DNA of 64,000 bases from contig CAVSHO010000007.1 in NCBI GenBank assembly GCA_963727825.1, forward strand, positions 64,001 through 128,000, in the 5' to 3' direction. The stretch comes from Ignavibacteriota bacterium. Lineage in GTDB: Bacteria; Bacteroidota; Ignavibacteria; UBA10030. Positions within the stretch are counted from its first letter, which is position 1; each line of letters opens with the position of its first letter. Below, piece by piece: positions 11,441 through 22,766 of the stretch. The notes below the pieces were generated by a model that was given only the letters and a program-made list of their open reading frames with translations, ran no database searches and was not told where the DNA came from. A program made the translations under genes and the position numbers.

Positions 11441-12394
11441 ATGGCAAAAGTTATACTGGATTTTGAACGTCCGATTCTTGAGCTTGAACAAAAAATTATG
11501 GAGATGCGCAATTACGCCGACAACCTTGATATCGCCGATGAAATTGCGACACTCGAACAGAAAGTGGATCAGCTTCGTATGAACGTCTATAGTAACTTGA
11601 CGCGATGGCAGAGAGTCCAGCTTGCCAGACATCCGGATCGTCCATATACTTTGGATTATATCCAGTTAATGACGGAAGATTTCATTGAACTGCATGGCGA
11701 TCGGCGATTCGGCGATGATAAAGCAATTGTCGCCGGCTTTTGCAGGATCGATACAGAAACGGTTCTTATTGTTGGACATCAAAAAGGAAGAGACACTCGC
11801 ACCAACATCTACAGAAATTTTGGCATGCCTAATCCGGAAGGATATCGTAAGGCACTTCGTTTGATGCAGCTTGCGGCTAAATTTGGCAGGCCGATTATAA
11901 CTTTGCTTGATACACCAGGAGCGTATCCGGGAATTGGCGCAGAAGAACGCGGCCAGGGTGAAGCGATTGCACGCAATATGTTCGAGATGTCGCATCTTCC
12001 CGTGCCAATTATTATCGTCGTTATTGGAGAAGGAGCTTCAGGGGGCGCACTGGGCATCGGCGTAGGCGATCGTGTGCTAATGTTTGAAAATGCATGGTAT
12101 TCCGTTATTTCTCCGGAATCCTGTTCAAGCATTCTCTGGCGGAGTTGGGAATATAAAGAGCAAGCAGCTGAAGCGCTGAAACTGACGGCGCCTGATTTAT
12201 TAGAACAAGGGATTATTGATCGAATTATTCCAGAACCTAAAGGCGGTGCGCATCGTAATCCAAAGTTGATGGCGCAGACATTAAAAAGCACACTGCTGGA
12301 AGAGTTGAAAGCACTGCAGAAAATAAAACCGGATAGACTTATCCATCTGCGTGTCGAAAAGTTTTCAAAAATGGGTGCTTGGAAAGAAAAATGA
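11441..12394 (+). CDS. accA: Acetyl-CoA carboxylase carboxyltransferase alpha subunit
   Basis: [37 protein letters not shown] and [10 protein letters not shown] motifs. Confidence 0.97.
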   Translation: MAKVILDFERPILELEQKIMEMRNYADNLDIADEIATLEQKVDQLRMNVYSNLTRWQRVQLARHPDRPYTLDYIQLMTEDFIELHGDRRFGDDKAIVAGFCRIDTETVLIVGHQKGRDTRTNIYRNFGMPNPEGYRKALRLMQLAAKFGRPIITLLDTPGAYPGIGAEERGQGEAIARNMFEMSHLPVPIIIVVIGEGASGGALGIGVGDRVLMFENAWYSVISPESCSSILWRSWEYKEQAAEALKLTAPDLLEQGIIDRIIPEPKGGAHRNPKLMAQTLKSTLLEELKALQKIKPDRLIHLRVEKFSKMGAWKEK

Positions 12395-12430
12395 AACTAT
12401 TGCAGATTTTTAATTGCAAAAGCTATAGAA

Positions 12431-12868
12431 ATGATTAAGCATATTACAGAAATCCGTGTTCGGTATGCGGATACGGATCAAATGAAAGTTGTCTATCACG
12501 GAAAATATCTCGAATATTTTGAAGTGGGCCGCGCTGCATTGATCCGTTCGCTCGGATTACCATATTCAGAACTTGAAACCCGCGGAATTCTTCTGCCGGT
12601 AATTGAAGCGTTTGCTAAATATCGAAAACCTGCTCGTTACGACGATCTGCTGTCTATAGAAGCTATTGTTTCAGAATTACCTAAAGCGACACTTAAAATT
12701 AACTATCAAGTATTTCGGAATCACGAGAAAGAACCGCTTGCGGAAGGATACACCGTTCACGGTTTTATAAATGTCGCCACAGGGAAACCAACACGACCGC
12801 CATTGTATTTCATACAAATTATTGAGAAGGCATTAACTGCACCTGTAAACTCCGTAGGAAAAGATTGA
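12431..12868 (+). CDS. Acyl-CoA thioesterase (4HBT/YbgC hotdog fold)
   Basis: RVRYADTDQMKVVYHGKYLEYFEVGR motif. Confidence 0.9.
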   Translation: MIKHITEIRVRYADTDQMKVVYHGKYLEYFEVGRAALIRSLGLPYSELETRGILLPVIEAFAKYRKPARYDDLLSIEAIVSELPKATLKINYQVFRNHEKEPLAEGYTVHGFINVATGKPTRPPLYFIQIIEKALTAPVNSVGKD

Positions 12869-12935
12869 TGCCGAGTCCTGAATATTTACTATCTGTCCTA
12901 CTGAATTTTAGTTATCTCCTTTTTTAATAAAAATC

Positions 12936-14441
12936 ATGCTCGATAAAATTCTCCGCCTTGGAAAAGAGACTGCCATCTACGGCTTGAGTACCGTTGTTGG
13001 GCGATTGTTAAACTTTCTCATTGTTCCATTCTATGCCAATGTTCTCTTGCCTGCTGAAAACGGCGTCATCTCCAATATCTATGCTTACATTGCTTTTGCA
13101 TACGTCATCTTTTGCTACGGGATGGAGCCGGCATATATGCGCTTCGTATCGTCTCTGGAACTTGGCGATAAGAAACAAAACTTCAGTGTTCCTTTTCTTT
13201 CACTATTAGCGACATCAGTTCTGCTTGCGCTGGCGATTCATTTTAATTCCATTGCGCTGGCATCACTTTTAGGAATCGATCCTTCGCAGCATTATTTCAT
13301 TCAATATGCAGGATGGATCCTATGCTTGGATACGTTAACAGTGATTCCATTCGCTTCTCTTCGGATGGAACAGAAAGCGAAGCGATTTGCCACATTAAAA
13401 ATTTTCAACATCACCGCGAATCTTCTTCTTAATCTCGGATTGATACTTGGTCTTGGCATGCATGCGGAAGGAGTTTTTCTTGCAAATTTATTAGCATCCG
13501 GTCTCACCTTCCTTGCGATGATTGGTATGGTGTTTCGACGGTTGACTTTCAAATTTCCCACTGGATTATATAAAGAGATTCTTAAATTTGGTCTTCCATA
13601 TATTCCTGCCGGACTTGCAGGTATTGCGATGCAAGTGATCGATCGGCCAATTGTCAAAGCATTAACAAACGATGCAACACTTGGAATCTACCAGCTCAAT
13701 TATAGACTTGGCATTTTCATGATGCTTATTGTCGGGATGTTTGATTATGCGTGGCGGCCTTTTTTCCTCAATCATGCCAAAGATTCAGATGCAAAACAGC
13801 TCTTCTCGAAGGTGTTCACATATTTTGTACTTGGAGCAATGTCCATCTTTCTTACCATATCGTTATTTATTGAAGACATTGTCCGGATGAAATTTTTTGG
13901 AAAACAATTTTTCCCGCCGGTTTATTGGCAGGGCGTTGAAATAGTTCCGTGGGTGCTGTTGGCTTATGTCTTCACCGGAGCATACGTCGTGTTTGTCGTT
14001 GGTGTGTATCTTGAAAAGAAAACAAAATATTTACCGTTTATTTCTGGCGCTGGAGCACTGTTAAACGTTGGTGCGAACTTTTTTTTAATTCCTAAAATAG
14101 GAATTCTTGGTGCAGCGCTTTCAACATTGTTCAGTTATATTGTTATGGCCGTGGGTATGTATTTTGCTTCCCAGAGGTTCTATCGAGTAGAGTACGAATG
14201 GAATAAAGTTTTAAAGATTGTCGGGTCAGCAGCATTTATGTTCATAATCTATCGTTTACTGCATTTACAGCCGCTTGATTCTGTTGGCATATTATTGAAG
14301 CTTGCACTGGTGATTGCATTTGGCGTTGCATTAGTATTCCTAAAAGTGATCGATTCAAGGGAGATAACGGAGATAAAATCGATTGCTCAGAGGGTATTTA
14401 CTCGCTCCTCTGATTCAATGTCCAAAGAAAAACTGCCTTAA
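12936..14441 (+). CDS. Oligosaccharide flippase family protein
   Basis: 501 aa multi-TM; LGKETAIYGLS..RLLNFL N-terminus; C-terminal GILGAA motif of polysaccharide biosynthesis proteins. Confidence 0.8.
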   Translation: MLDKILRLGKETAIYGLSTVVGRLLNFLIVPFYANVLLPAENGVISNIYAYIAFAYVIFCYGMEPAYMRFVSSLELGDKKQNFSVPFLSLLATSVLLALAIHFNSIALASLLGIDPSQHYFIQYAGWILCLDTLTVIPFASLRMEQKAKRFATLKIFNITANLLLNLGLILGLGMHAEGVFLANLLASGLTFLAMIGMVFRRLTFKFPTGLYKEILKFGLPYIPAGLAGIAMQVIDRPIVKALTNDATLGIYQLNYRLGIFMMLIVGMFDYAWRPFFLNHAKDSDAKQLFSKVFTYFVLGAMSIFLTISLFIEDIVRMKFFGKQFFPPVYWQGVEIVPWVLLAYVFTGAYVVFVVGVYLEKKTKYLPFISGAGALLNVGANFFLIPKIGILGAALSTLFSYIVMAVGMYFASQRFYRVEYEWNKVLKIVGSAAFMFIIYRLLHLQPLDSVGILLKLALVIAFGVALVFLKVIDSREITEIKSIAQRVFTRSSDSMSKEKLP

Positions 14442-14555
14442 TTCCGTTCGTCTTAAAAGTCGATTGTAATGTTGATCTGATTGCCAGGCCGACCATATTT
14501 ATAGAACATGGAATGGTCATGTTTTACATCTTTCAATGAGCTTTCATTCCAATTC

Positions 14556-15326
14556 TCAATTGTCATTCGGATAACTATGATGGGGTTGCCATTTTAAAAT
14601 ACTTTGCACAAATGCATTCATGTGCTGATAGTGCGATCCTTTCCAGTATATTCGATCGCAAGATAAGCACTGCTGATATTCGTTGCACCAATCCTTTACC
14701 CTTTGTGGAATTCGTGAAAGTATTACTTCTTTTTCTACAAGTTGAAGCTTTGAATTACATTCGATACAGCGAATAAATGGAGATGCCAAACTGTAGAGAT
14801 CGAACCGCTCAAGTACTTCTAAAAGCTGAGAATATGGATCCGTGTTTTTTATCAGATATCCATGTGTAAGTGATTCGATATCCAATAGCGACTTGCTTCT
14901 GCTTAAGAGTATCCGATTTTTGTTTCTGGATATTGTGATGAGAGATTCCTTCGTCCAATTATTTTGATAAAGTGTGTCGAAACCGAACATCCGTAAGTGA
15001 TTGGCGAGTTTTCCAAGATGTACATCAAGGATGAACTTTGGTTGACGGAGAGGATGGTCTCGTATTTTTGTTACAGATGAGATGTCGAAGTTCTCGAATA
15101 CCGGATAGAAGGCGACCCGATCATTTTCCTCCAAGTAGTACGATAGTCCGACTGGTTTGTTATTTACAAGGATTAAGTCGATGAGGTCGGAAGGAATTCC
15201 AATTTTGTATACTAAATCTTTTATAGCTGTATCTGGTGGAAGAGATAAATAGAAAGTAACGAACCCTTGATTCGGGGGAAGGAAATCGTTCAATTCAGCA
15301 TAGCATCGAATAGAAACAAGAGACAT
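14556..15326 (-). CDS. Ubiquitin-like domain + Mut7-C (PIN-like) RNase protein
   Basis: RCYAELNDFLP Ub-Mut7C N-terminus; FILDVHLGKLA..LRMFGFDT; RCIECN..CLSCDRIYWKGSHY zinc ribbon. Confidence 0.9.
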   Translation of the reverse strand: MSLVSIRCYAELNDFLPPNQGFVTFYLSLPPDTAIKDLVYKIGIPSDLIDLILVNNKPVGLSYYLEENDRVAFYPVFENFDISSVTKIRDHPLRQPKFILDVHLGKLANHLRMFGFDTLYQNNWTKESLITISRNKNRILLSRSKSLLDIESLTHGYLIKNTDPYSQLLEVLERFDLYSLASPFIRCIECNSKLQLVEKEVILSRIPQRVKDWCNEYQQCLSCDRIYWKGSHYQHMNAFVQSILKWQPHHSYPNDN

Positions 15327-15386
15327 CGTTTCCTCAGACAATCTATGTAGGTTATCATTGGATTGCTGATGGCTGCGTTATAACTC

Positions 15387-15516
15387 GAACCTATCTCAAG
15401 AACTATAATATAGTCAGTCTGAGCTTGTCGAAGACTAACTATGTCCTGATTATTTACCCTTCGACGAGCTCAGGGTGACATTTTTTTATAGAATATTTTA
15501 TTTTTGAGATGGCTTC
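15387..15516. mobile_element. MITE-like element enclosing a REP doublet
   Basis: Imperfect terminal inverted repeats GAACCTATCTCAAGAA / TTTTTGAGATGGCTTC; internal inverted pair GTCAGTCTGAGCTTGTCGAAGAC (15413-15435) and CCCTTCGACGAGCTCAGGGTGAC (15457-15479). Confidence 0.6.
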
Positions 15517-15533
15517 TAATATCAATCTAAAGA

Positions 15534-16637
15534 TTATTTCTTCTGGAGCAGTGGCAGGGAAAGAGAAATAGTCGTTCCATTGCCCTGGACGCTGCTTACG
15601 GAAATATTGCCGCCATGAATTTCTGTCAAACGTTTTGCAATCATCAATCCTAATCCCAGCCCTTGCTGTTCATGCCGTTCCCGATCGAATTGCAAGAACA
15701 TATGAATCTTTTTGATTTGGTCTTCGGACATTCCGCGTCCACTGTCCTTTATTATTATTGTGCCCATTTCATTCTCGCAACCAGTCGAAATAATTACATG
15801 TGTACCGACAGCAGAAAATTTAAAAGCATTATCTATCACTTGGCGCAATAATTGTTCAAAATATTGTTCAGACACTGCTATAGACATTGGAGAGAGATTC
15901 AAGACAAGATCGGCGGAACGATTATTAGAAGACGCAAGCTCTTCTGCAACACGCTTAATGGTCCGATGGGCTTCTATAGAACCAATTTGGCGAGAAGCAG
16001 AAAGCTTAGCCTGATCATTTGGGAGTAGCAAGCATTGCGTGTGGACCCAAAATTTTTCCAAGGTCTGATTCATCCGCACAGCCGAATCAAACAATGCTTG
16101 TGTAAGCTCCTTAATTTCATTGGACGTCATCTCTGCTGCCTGCGATTTTAAAAGCTCTGCTAATCCTAAAATTCCTGTCATCGGCGTTCGCAGTTCGTGT
16201 GGCAGCGCGCGAGTAATATTTTCACTTAACTCATCGATTGCACGCTGTGATTCGTTTTTCCTTTGTTCAGCTTCCTCCAAACGCAGCTGGATTGCTTTAA
16301 TGAAATCATCAGTATCAAATGGTTTAAGGATAAAATCATTGGCACCTAGATTCATTCCCTTGCGGAGATGAGTGCGTGGATCTTGACCGGTCATAAAAAT
16401 GAATGGAATATGTGCAGTCGATTCATCCTTATGCAATTTTTCCAGAGTTTGAAATCCATCCATCCCCGGCATCTGAATATCGCATAAAATAAGATCGGGC
16501 AATATTTTCAAGGCTAGATCTACTCCTTCTTGTCCGTCTGAAGCTTCTTCCAATTCGTATCCAGAGGTTTCTATCATTAGTCGGACTACATTTCGCATAT
16601 CCGTGTCATCGTCAATACATAAAATTCGTTTTGCCAT
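15534..16637 (-). CDS. Hybrid response regulator - histidine kinase (REC-HisKA-HATPase)
   Basis: ILCIDDD..DLILCDIQMPGMDG receiver; HELRTPMTG; DNAFKF, DSGRGM and GLGLGL boxes. Confidence 0.92.
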   Translation of the reverse strand: MAKRILCIDDDTDMRNVVRLMIETSGYELEEASDGQEGVDLALKILPDLILCDIQMPGMDGFQTLEKLHKDESTAHIPFIFMTGQDPRTHLRKGMNLGANDFILKPFDTDDFIKAIQLRLEEAEQRKNESQRAIDELSENITRALPHELRTPMTGILGLAELLKSQAAEMTSNEIKELTQALFDSAVRMNQTLEKFWVHTQCLLLPNDQAKLSASRQIGSIEAHRTIKRVAEELASSNNRSADLVLNLSPMSIAVSEQYFEQLLRQVIDNAFKFSAVGTHVIISTGCENEMGTIIIKDSGRGMSEDQIKKIHMFLQFDRERHEQQGLGLGLMIAKRLTEIHGGNISVSSVQGNGTTISLSLPLLQKK

Positions 16638-16926
16638 GATTAATTCTTCAATATTACTCTGAAGTATGCGAATATTTAGATTAGCGGTGGCGCCTCATTC
16701 TTCTGGTCAAACCCAGTTTTACTTTGTGAGAAATATAAACATCAAATGTGCCAATAGAAAGAAGTTAGACATAGATAGGGAAAAATGCAGAAAGAAGACT
16801 AATATAAATAAAATGGAATAGAAGTGAGGTAAAAAATAGCTAATAAGTGTGAAAAATGAAGAAAATACATATGCCATTTAATAAAGTCTAATTAGACTGT
16901 TCAGAGATTAAGATTTTTCACTTTTC

Positions 16927-16955
16927 TTGACTTTTCTGCCAAGTTTATGTATCTT
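16927..16955 (+). promoter_or_regulatory. Sigma70-type promoter for efp
   Basis: TTGACT-17 bp-TATCTT. Confidence 0.55.
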
Positions 16956-17020
16956 TTCCACTCAAAATTCAAAAAATAGTATCATTTTTGCAAAATTTAG
17001 AGAGGATTTTAAGGCAAGAC

Positions 17021-17584
17021 ATGGCTTCAACTTCTGATTTTCGTATTGGTATGGTCATAGTTTTTAATGGGGAATTACACAGGATTGAGGAATATATTCA
17101 TAGAACTCCGGGTAATCTTCGTGCATTTGTTCAAGCAAAGCTCCGCAACCTAAGAAGCGGTCGGGTAACTGAGACTCGTTTCCGGTCTGGCGAAGATGTG
17201 GAAGAAGTCCGCGTTGAGCAGAAAGAATTCCAATATCTATTCCACGATGGTGCCAGTTATCAATTTATGGATAAAGTGAGCTATGAGCAGATGCCAGTGG
17301 ATGAAAAGGCATTGGGCGAAGGCGCAAAATTTTTAAAAGAAGGCGAAACAGTCCAACTGCAAATGGTTGGTTTGGATATTGTTGGCGCCGAAATTCCGCA
17401 ACATGTTGAGTTAAAAGTTACAGAAACGGAGCCAGGTGTTAAAGGTAATACCGCTACCGGCGCTTTAAAACCGGCTACTGTAGAAACTGGCGCCAGCATA
17501 AATGTACCGCTCTTTATCAACGAGGGCGATGTTATCCGAGTCGATACAAGAACAGGTAAATATTTAGAACGAGTGAATAGTTAA
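17021..17584 (+). CDS. efp: Elongation factor P (PGNL loop variant)
   Basis: [10 protein letters not shown] start, [45 protein letters not shown] and DTRTGKY motifs. Confidence 0.95.
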   Translation: MASTSDFRIGMVIVFNGELHRIEEYIHRTPGNLRAFVQAKLRNLRSGRVTETRFRSGEDVEEVRVEQKEFQYLFHDGASYQFMDKVSYEQMPVDEKALGEGAKFLKEGETVQLQMVGLDIVGAEIPQHVELKVTETEPGVKGNTATGALKPATVETGASINVPLFINEGDVIRVDTRTGKYLERVNS

Positions 17585-17643
17585 ATGTAATAAATTGCCT
17601 AAAAAAAATCTGCCTTACTGCGGTTTTTTTCATTGGAGATCTG

Positions 17644-18120
17644 ATGAACCTTTCTTATATAAAAAAAATTATCAAGCTTGTCGAAAACAGCACAATTGAT
17701 GAGCTAGAACTTGAAGAAGAGGGGACGAAAATCAAAGTTGCACGTAATCGCAACTCGGGAATCTATGTACAAACTGCAAATACCGGACAAACGGCAGTAC
17801 CGCAAGCCATGCCATCACATATTCCCCAGCAGGCAGGCTCGGTAAATTCTATTTCGCCGGCTGCTCCTGTGGAATCGAAATATCATGAAGTTCGTTCTCC
17901 CATCGTCGGTACTTTTTATCGTGCCCCATCTCCCGATGCTGAACCTTATGTAGAAGTAGGGCAAACAGTGCAGGTTGGCTCGGTTATGTGCATTGTTGAA
18001 GCAATGAAGTTAATGAATGAGATCGAATCGGATTGCACTGGCACTGTAGTGAATATCATTGCAGAGAACGGTAAACCAGTCGAATATAACCAAGTCTTGT
18101 TCCTGATTGAGAAAGCATAG
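17644..18120 (+). CDS. accB: Biotin carboxyl carrier protein
   Basis: [13 protein letters not shown] and EAMKLMNEI biotinylation motif. Confidence 0.96.
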   Translation: MNLSYIKKIIKLVENSTIDELELEEEGTKIKVARNRNSGIYVQTANTGQTAVPQAMPSHIPQQAGSVNSISPAAPVESKYHEVRSPIVGTFYRAPSPDAEPYVEVGQTVQVGSVMCIVEAMKLMNEIESDCTGTVVNIIAENGKPVEYNQVLFLIEKA

Positions 18121-18152
18121 TGATTCATTCCCAATCTAGAAATCGCACTCCT

Positions 18153-19493
18153 TTGTTTAAGAAAATCCTTATAGCAAATCGTGGTGAAATTGCATTGCGC
18201 ATCATTCGCTCCGCCCGTGAATTAGGAATCAAGACGGTCGCCGTATACTCCGAAGCCGATCCCGATTCTCTTCACGTCAAGTTTGCCGATGAAGCCGTTT
18301 GCATAGGTCCGCCATCTAGCAAGCAGAGTTACCTCAATATTCCGCGGTTGATTGCCGCCGCAGAAGTTACAAATGCCGATGCTATTCATCCCGGTTATGG
18401 TTTCCTTGCAGAAAATGCAAACTTTGCTGAAATCTGCGCTTCTTCCGGCATCACTTTCATTGGTCCTCGTCCGGATGCAATTGCTTCCATGGGCGACAAA
18501 GCGCTTGCTAAAGAAACAATGAAAAAAGCGGGAGTGCCGGTTGTACCGGGAAGCGAAGGTACAATTTCAAATCTTGCCGACGCGAAAAAGATTGCGCAAG
18601 AAATTGGTCTTCCTGTAATCATTAAAGCAACAGCAGGCGGCGGTGGCAGAGGTATGCGCATAGTTCGTTCATTAGAAGAATTGGAAAATGCTTACCTTAC
18701 GGCAAGCCACGAAGCGGAAATTGCCTTTGGGAATGCAGCAGTCTATATTGAAAAATATATTGAAGAACCGCGTCATGTTGAAATTCAGATTATGGGTGAT
18801 CGGTTTGGAACGATTGTCCATTTCGGCGAACGTGATTGTAGTATTCAACGCAGGCACCAGAAATTAGCCGAAGAATCGCCATCGCCTGCACTTACACCGG
18901 AACTTCGAGAGGCAATGGGTATTGCGGCAGTGAAGGGTGCTAAAAGTGTAAGATATGTTGGAGCAGGAACAGTGGAGTTTTTGTTAGATAAAGACAAGAG
19001 CTTCTATTTTATGGAAATGAACACGCGCATTCAAGTTGAGCATCCTGTTACAGAAGAAGTAACGGGAGTAGATTTATTGAAGCTGCAGATCCAAATGGCA
19101 GCGGGAGAGCGGCTAAAAAAGGCTCAAGTCAAACCGCAATGGCATGTTATTGAATGCCGCATCAATGCGGAAGATCCGGCTATGGGATTCCGGCCAAGCC
19201 CTGGTAAGATTACGAGTCTGCATTTTCCCGGCGGTTTTGGCATTCGCGTAGATACGCATATCTATGCCGGATATGTTATTCCGCCTTACTACGATTCGTT
19301 GATCGCAAAGCTTATTGTGAAAGCTAAAACCAGAGAAGAAGCGATTACAAAAATGTACTACGCATTAGACGAATTTATTATCGAGGGAATCAAAACAACT
19401 ATTCCATTCCACAAGAAATTGATGTTGAATGATAAGTTTAAAAGCGGCGATTTCGATACAAAGTTCATCGAATCATTTGTGTTTGAAGATTAA
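18153..19493 (+). CDS. accC: Biotin carboxylase
   Basis: [37 protein letters not shown] and [14 protein letters not shown] motifs; start probably TTG 18153. Confidence 0.96.
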   Translation: MFKKILIANRGEIALRIIRSARELGIKTVAVYSEADPDSLHVKFADEAVCIGPPSSKQSYLNIPRLIAAAEVTNADAIHPGYGFLAENANFAEICASSGITFIGPRPDAIASMGDKALAKETMKKAGVPVVPGSEGTISNLADAKKIAQEIGLPVIIKATAGGGGRGMRIVRSLEELENAYLTASHEAEIAFGNAAVYIEKYIEEPRHVEIQIMGDRFGTIVHFGERDCSIQRRHQKLAEESPSPALTPELREAMGIAAVKGAKSVRYVGAGTVEFLLDKDKSFYFMEMNTRIQVEHPVTEEVTGVDLLKLQIQMAAGERLKKAQVKPQWHVIECRINAEDPAMGFRPSPGKITSLHFPGGFGIRVDTHIYAGYVIPPYYDSLIAKLIVKAKTREEAITKMYYALDEFIIEGIKTTIPFHKKLMLNDKFKSGDFDTKFIESFVFED

Positions 19494-19594
19494 ATTTTAG
19501 ACATTCAACAAAGAGTTTAATTAAGGGATTTGCCGGTTTAATTGGTGGATAAACAACATTACTAATAAACCTTCTATATAAGTAAGAGGTTGCT

Positions 19595-19975
19595 ATGAAC
19601 TTCCCTGAAAACGTGAAATATACAGCAGACCATGAATGGATCCGAGTTGAAGGAAAATTTGGATGGATTGGGATTACGGATTACGCCCAAAGTGAATTAG
19701 GGGATATTGTGTACATTGAGATACCTGCCGTTGGCGCGAAAGTGGAAAAAGGCAAATCCTTTGGAACGATTGAAGCTGTGAAAGCTGTCTCCGATTTATT
19801 TGCGCCCATCTCCGGTGAAGTGGTCGAAGTTAACTTGGAGATGAATGACCATCCGGAAGTTGTGAATAAAGATCCATACGACAAAGGATGGATGGTAAAG
19901 ATCGTGATCACCGATCCTGCTCAGTTGGACACTCTCCTTGACGTGCAAGCTTATAAAAAACTCATAGGAAAGTAG
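19595..19975 (+). CDS. gcvH: Glycine cleavage system H protein
   Basis: DHEW, GITDYAQSELGDIV, EAVKAVSD lipoyl-lysine motif, DPY..GW. Confidence 0.96.
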   Translation: MNFPENVKYTADHEWIRVEGKFGWIGITDYAQSELGDIVYIEIPAVGAKVEKGKSFGTIEAVKAVSDLFAPISGEVVEVNLEMNDHPEVVNKDPYDKGWMVKIVITDPAQLDTLLDVQAYKKLIGK

Positions 19976-20307
19976 TCCGCACACAATATTGAAAATTCTT
20001 GGTAAGACATACGCGTTTGCCTTTTATATGTCTTAAGGGATAAATAGACCTGTGTGGAACAGTAGTAAATTAATCGAAAACCCTCTTGCATCGCCTGCGA
20101 AGTACACTTTTCCGTCGTCAGTGTTTTCAATTTGCATCAGTTTATTCCTGATACTTCTTTTCAATTCAAGCATATATTTCTTACAGAAGCCGGTGCTATA
20201 CTTAGCAGTCATCGGACAAAATCTATTCGATCTTTTGAAAATCACTACTCATACGGAACGTTTCAGAATGTGTCTCCTAGCACAATAACCTTTCGGAAAG
20301 AAAAGAG

Positions 20308-21882
20308 TTGACGCGAAAAATGGTTGAAACACATCATCAGTACCGCAGCATCGTAGAAAGCTCACTTGATGGCATTATGATCGTGCGGGATGATAGAATT
20401 GTGTATGTCAACCCATCGGCTGTCAGTATCTTCGGTTATGCATCAGCGGAAGAAATGCAATTGCATAATTTCTCAGAGATCGTTGCTCCATCGAGTAAAC
20501 CATTCCTTACAATGACGCCCGATAGGCATGCAATAGGAGAAGAAGTATTAAGGAATTTCGAACTATGCGGATTGACGAAACAGGGAAAGATAATAGACCT
20601 GGAAGCCAATGCGCACGTGATTGCATGGAATAATCATCCTGCTGTGCAAGCGTCGTTTCGTACTATCACTGAACGAAAGATGCTTGAACGTGAACAAACA
20701 CAATGGTTATGGGAACAAGAGACACTAAGTGATATCGACCGAAAACTTGTTGGTGTTGTCGATCTGAATAAAATATTTGCCGCAATTTTACAGCACACGT
20801 TAAACTTGACACGCGCACATTTTGGCGGTGTCCTTCTGTTCAATGAACCAAACGTGCAATGGATCTCAATTTGCGGCAATACACTCCAACATTCGGGAGA
20901 AATGTTTAGTCCCAGTAAAACGCTGCATGATATTCTAAATAATGAAGAGCCATTGATTATCCATAATTCCAGCACCAATACGCAATATCCGTTTTCCCAG
21001 CTTTCCATTATTGAAGAGGAAAAACTTATTTCAACTGTATGGCTTCCATTGATTGTAGAGGGAAAGCATAGAGGAATGCTTGTTGTGGGATACCGCCAGT
21101 ACCACGATTTTGCCGAACGCGAGATGCAGCTGCTTATCTCGCTTGCCGAGAAACATTCTATCGCGATGATCAACGCTCAGCTCTACACAGATCTTATTCA
21201 ACGGGAAAAAGAATTGGAAATACTTTTAGGCGCGCGCGTGCAGGCACAGGAAGATGAACGCAGGCGCATAGCACGAGAAATTCACGACGGTCTTAGTCAA
21301 ATGTTAACAGCTATAAAATTCAATCTTGAAATATTAGAAGATACGATTACAGCAGGCAAGGATGAGCGTGAACGTATTGACAATGTGAAGAACTTGCTTG
21401 ACAGCGTTATGAAAGAAGCCCGCGAAATATCCTACAATCTTATGCCAAGTGTTTTGATCGAATTTGGATTGGCACCCGCGCTTCAACTTTTAAGTGAGCA
21501 ATTTGCTAATCGTACGAATGTGAAAGTTCAATTTCAAGCGCACGGTGTAACAAACCGGCTCGATCCAAATATGGAAATAGGTCTATACAGAATCGCACAG
21601 GAGTCGCTCAACAATATATCTAAACATGCAGAAGCCACGGAAGTAAATCTGCAAATCATTAATCATAGTAATGGCATTCGCCTGGTTATCGAAGACAATG
21701 GAAAAGGGATCGTCACTCCACCGAACCTTATCCGTGCAACAGGCAAAGGCGGTATGGGATTGCCGGGAATGCGTGAGCGTGCTTCTTCTTTCGGTGGTAT
21801 ATTTACAATTGATTCGACGCCGAATAATGGAACACTTATTACAGTAGAAGTACCGTTAACAAAATCAGATAATCATGAATAA
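20308..21882 (+). CDS. PAS-GAF sensor histidine kinase (HisKA_3 type)
   Basis: PAS domain (IVYVNP), GAF domain, EDERRRIAREIHDGLSQ, RIAQESLNNISKHA, DNGKG and GMGLPGMRER. Confidence 0.92.
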   Translation: MTRKMVETHHQYRSIVESSLDGIMIVRDDRIVYVNPSAVSIFGYASAEEMQLHNFSEIVAPSSKPFLTMTPDRHAIGEEVLRNFELCGLTKQGKIIDLEANAHVIAWNNHPAVQASFRTITERKMLEREQTQWLWEQETLSDIDRKLVGVVDLNKIFAAILQHTLNLTRAHFGGVLLFNEPNVQWISICGNTLQHSGEMFSPSKTLHDILNNEEPLIIHNSSTNTQYPFSQLSIIEEEKLISTVWLPLIVEGKHRGMLVVGYRQYHDFAEREMQLLISLAEKHSIAMINAQLYTDLIQREKELEILLGARVQAQEDERRRIAREIHDGLSQMLTAIKFNLEILEDTITAGKDERERIDNVKNLLDSVMKEAREISYNLMPSVLIEFGLAPALQLLSEQFANRTNVKVQFQAHGVTNRLDPNMEIGLYRIAQESLNNISKHAEATEVNLQIINHSNGIRLVIEDNGKGIVTPPNLIRATGKGGMGLPGMRERASSFGGIFTIDSTPNNGTLITVEVPLTKSDNHE

Positions 21883-22534
21883 AATACGAATTCTTCTCGC
21901 TGACGATCATCCGATGGTTCGCAGCGGCCTAATTAAATTATTAGAACCCCATAAAGAATTTATCGTTGTCGGTGAAGCCGGCGATGGTGAAGAAGCGGTC
22001 GAGATGACCAAGAAGTTGCAACCCGATATTGTAATCATAGATCTCTCGATGCCGAAGCTTTCGGGGATTGAAGCTACAAAGCTTATCCGAAAAAATAATC
22101 CTACGACTAAAGTTCTTGTGCTGACGATGCACGACAACGAAGAATACGTCTATCAGATATTTAAATGCGGCGCAGGCGGATACATGTTGAAAAATAGCGG
22201 AAGAGACGATCTTGTTGCTGCCATACAAGCAGTAGCAAAAGGAGAACACTTCTTTAGTCCGCGTGTCTCAGAAATTATGGTGAATGCGTACCTGCGGAAG
22301 GCGGATACACGAGAAAAACTTCCCCTCAGCAATGAAGATATCCCTTTAACCAAGCGCGAAAAAGAAATTCTCTTTTATATCGCGGATGGATTAAATAACT
22401 CTCAGATTGCCGAAAAACTTTTCATCAGTGTAAGAACAGTTGATACGCACCGGACAAATATTATGCAGAAACTTGACATACACGACGTTGCCAACCTTGT
22501 CCGGTATGCACTGAAGAAGAAAGAGAAACAATAG
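21875..22534 (+). CDS. NarL/LuxR-family response regulator
   Basis: LADDHPMVRSG receiver; LTKREKEIL..IAEKLFISVRTVDTHR LuxR HTH; overlaps the kinase stop codon. Confidence 0.94.
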   Translation: MNKIRILLADDHPMVRSGLIKLLEPHKEFIVVGEAGDGEEAVEMTKKLQPDIVIIDLSMPKLSGIEATKLIRKNNPTTKVLVLTMHDNEEYVYQIFKCGAGGYMLKNSGRDDLVAAIQAVAKGEHFFSPRVSEIMVNAYLRKADTREKLPLSNEDIPLTKREKEILFYIADGLNNSQIAEKLFISVRTVDTHRTNIMQKLDIHDVANLVRYALKKKEKQ

Positions 22535-22766
22535 CCAGAGTCGTAATTAATTTGAATATCGGTACAATTCTCGCAAACGTAAAGACTTTGAAAGATTCGA
22601 TTTACTATTAAGCACATGTGATGGAAGATTGAAATATAAAGACATTATCGATAAATAATTATGGATGTAATTTATATTTTAATATTAGAGACAAAAATAT
22701 TATTCCAATAAATATTATAATAAGAAATAATATTACGAGGCTTATTTTCCAATATATACTGGGGAA

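Noticed and set aside
20033-20288. Short ORFs on both strands between gcvH and the kinase
   Set aside because: No recognisable motif or RBS, so they cannot be supported as genes.
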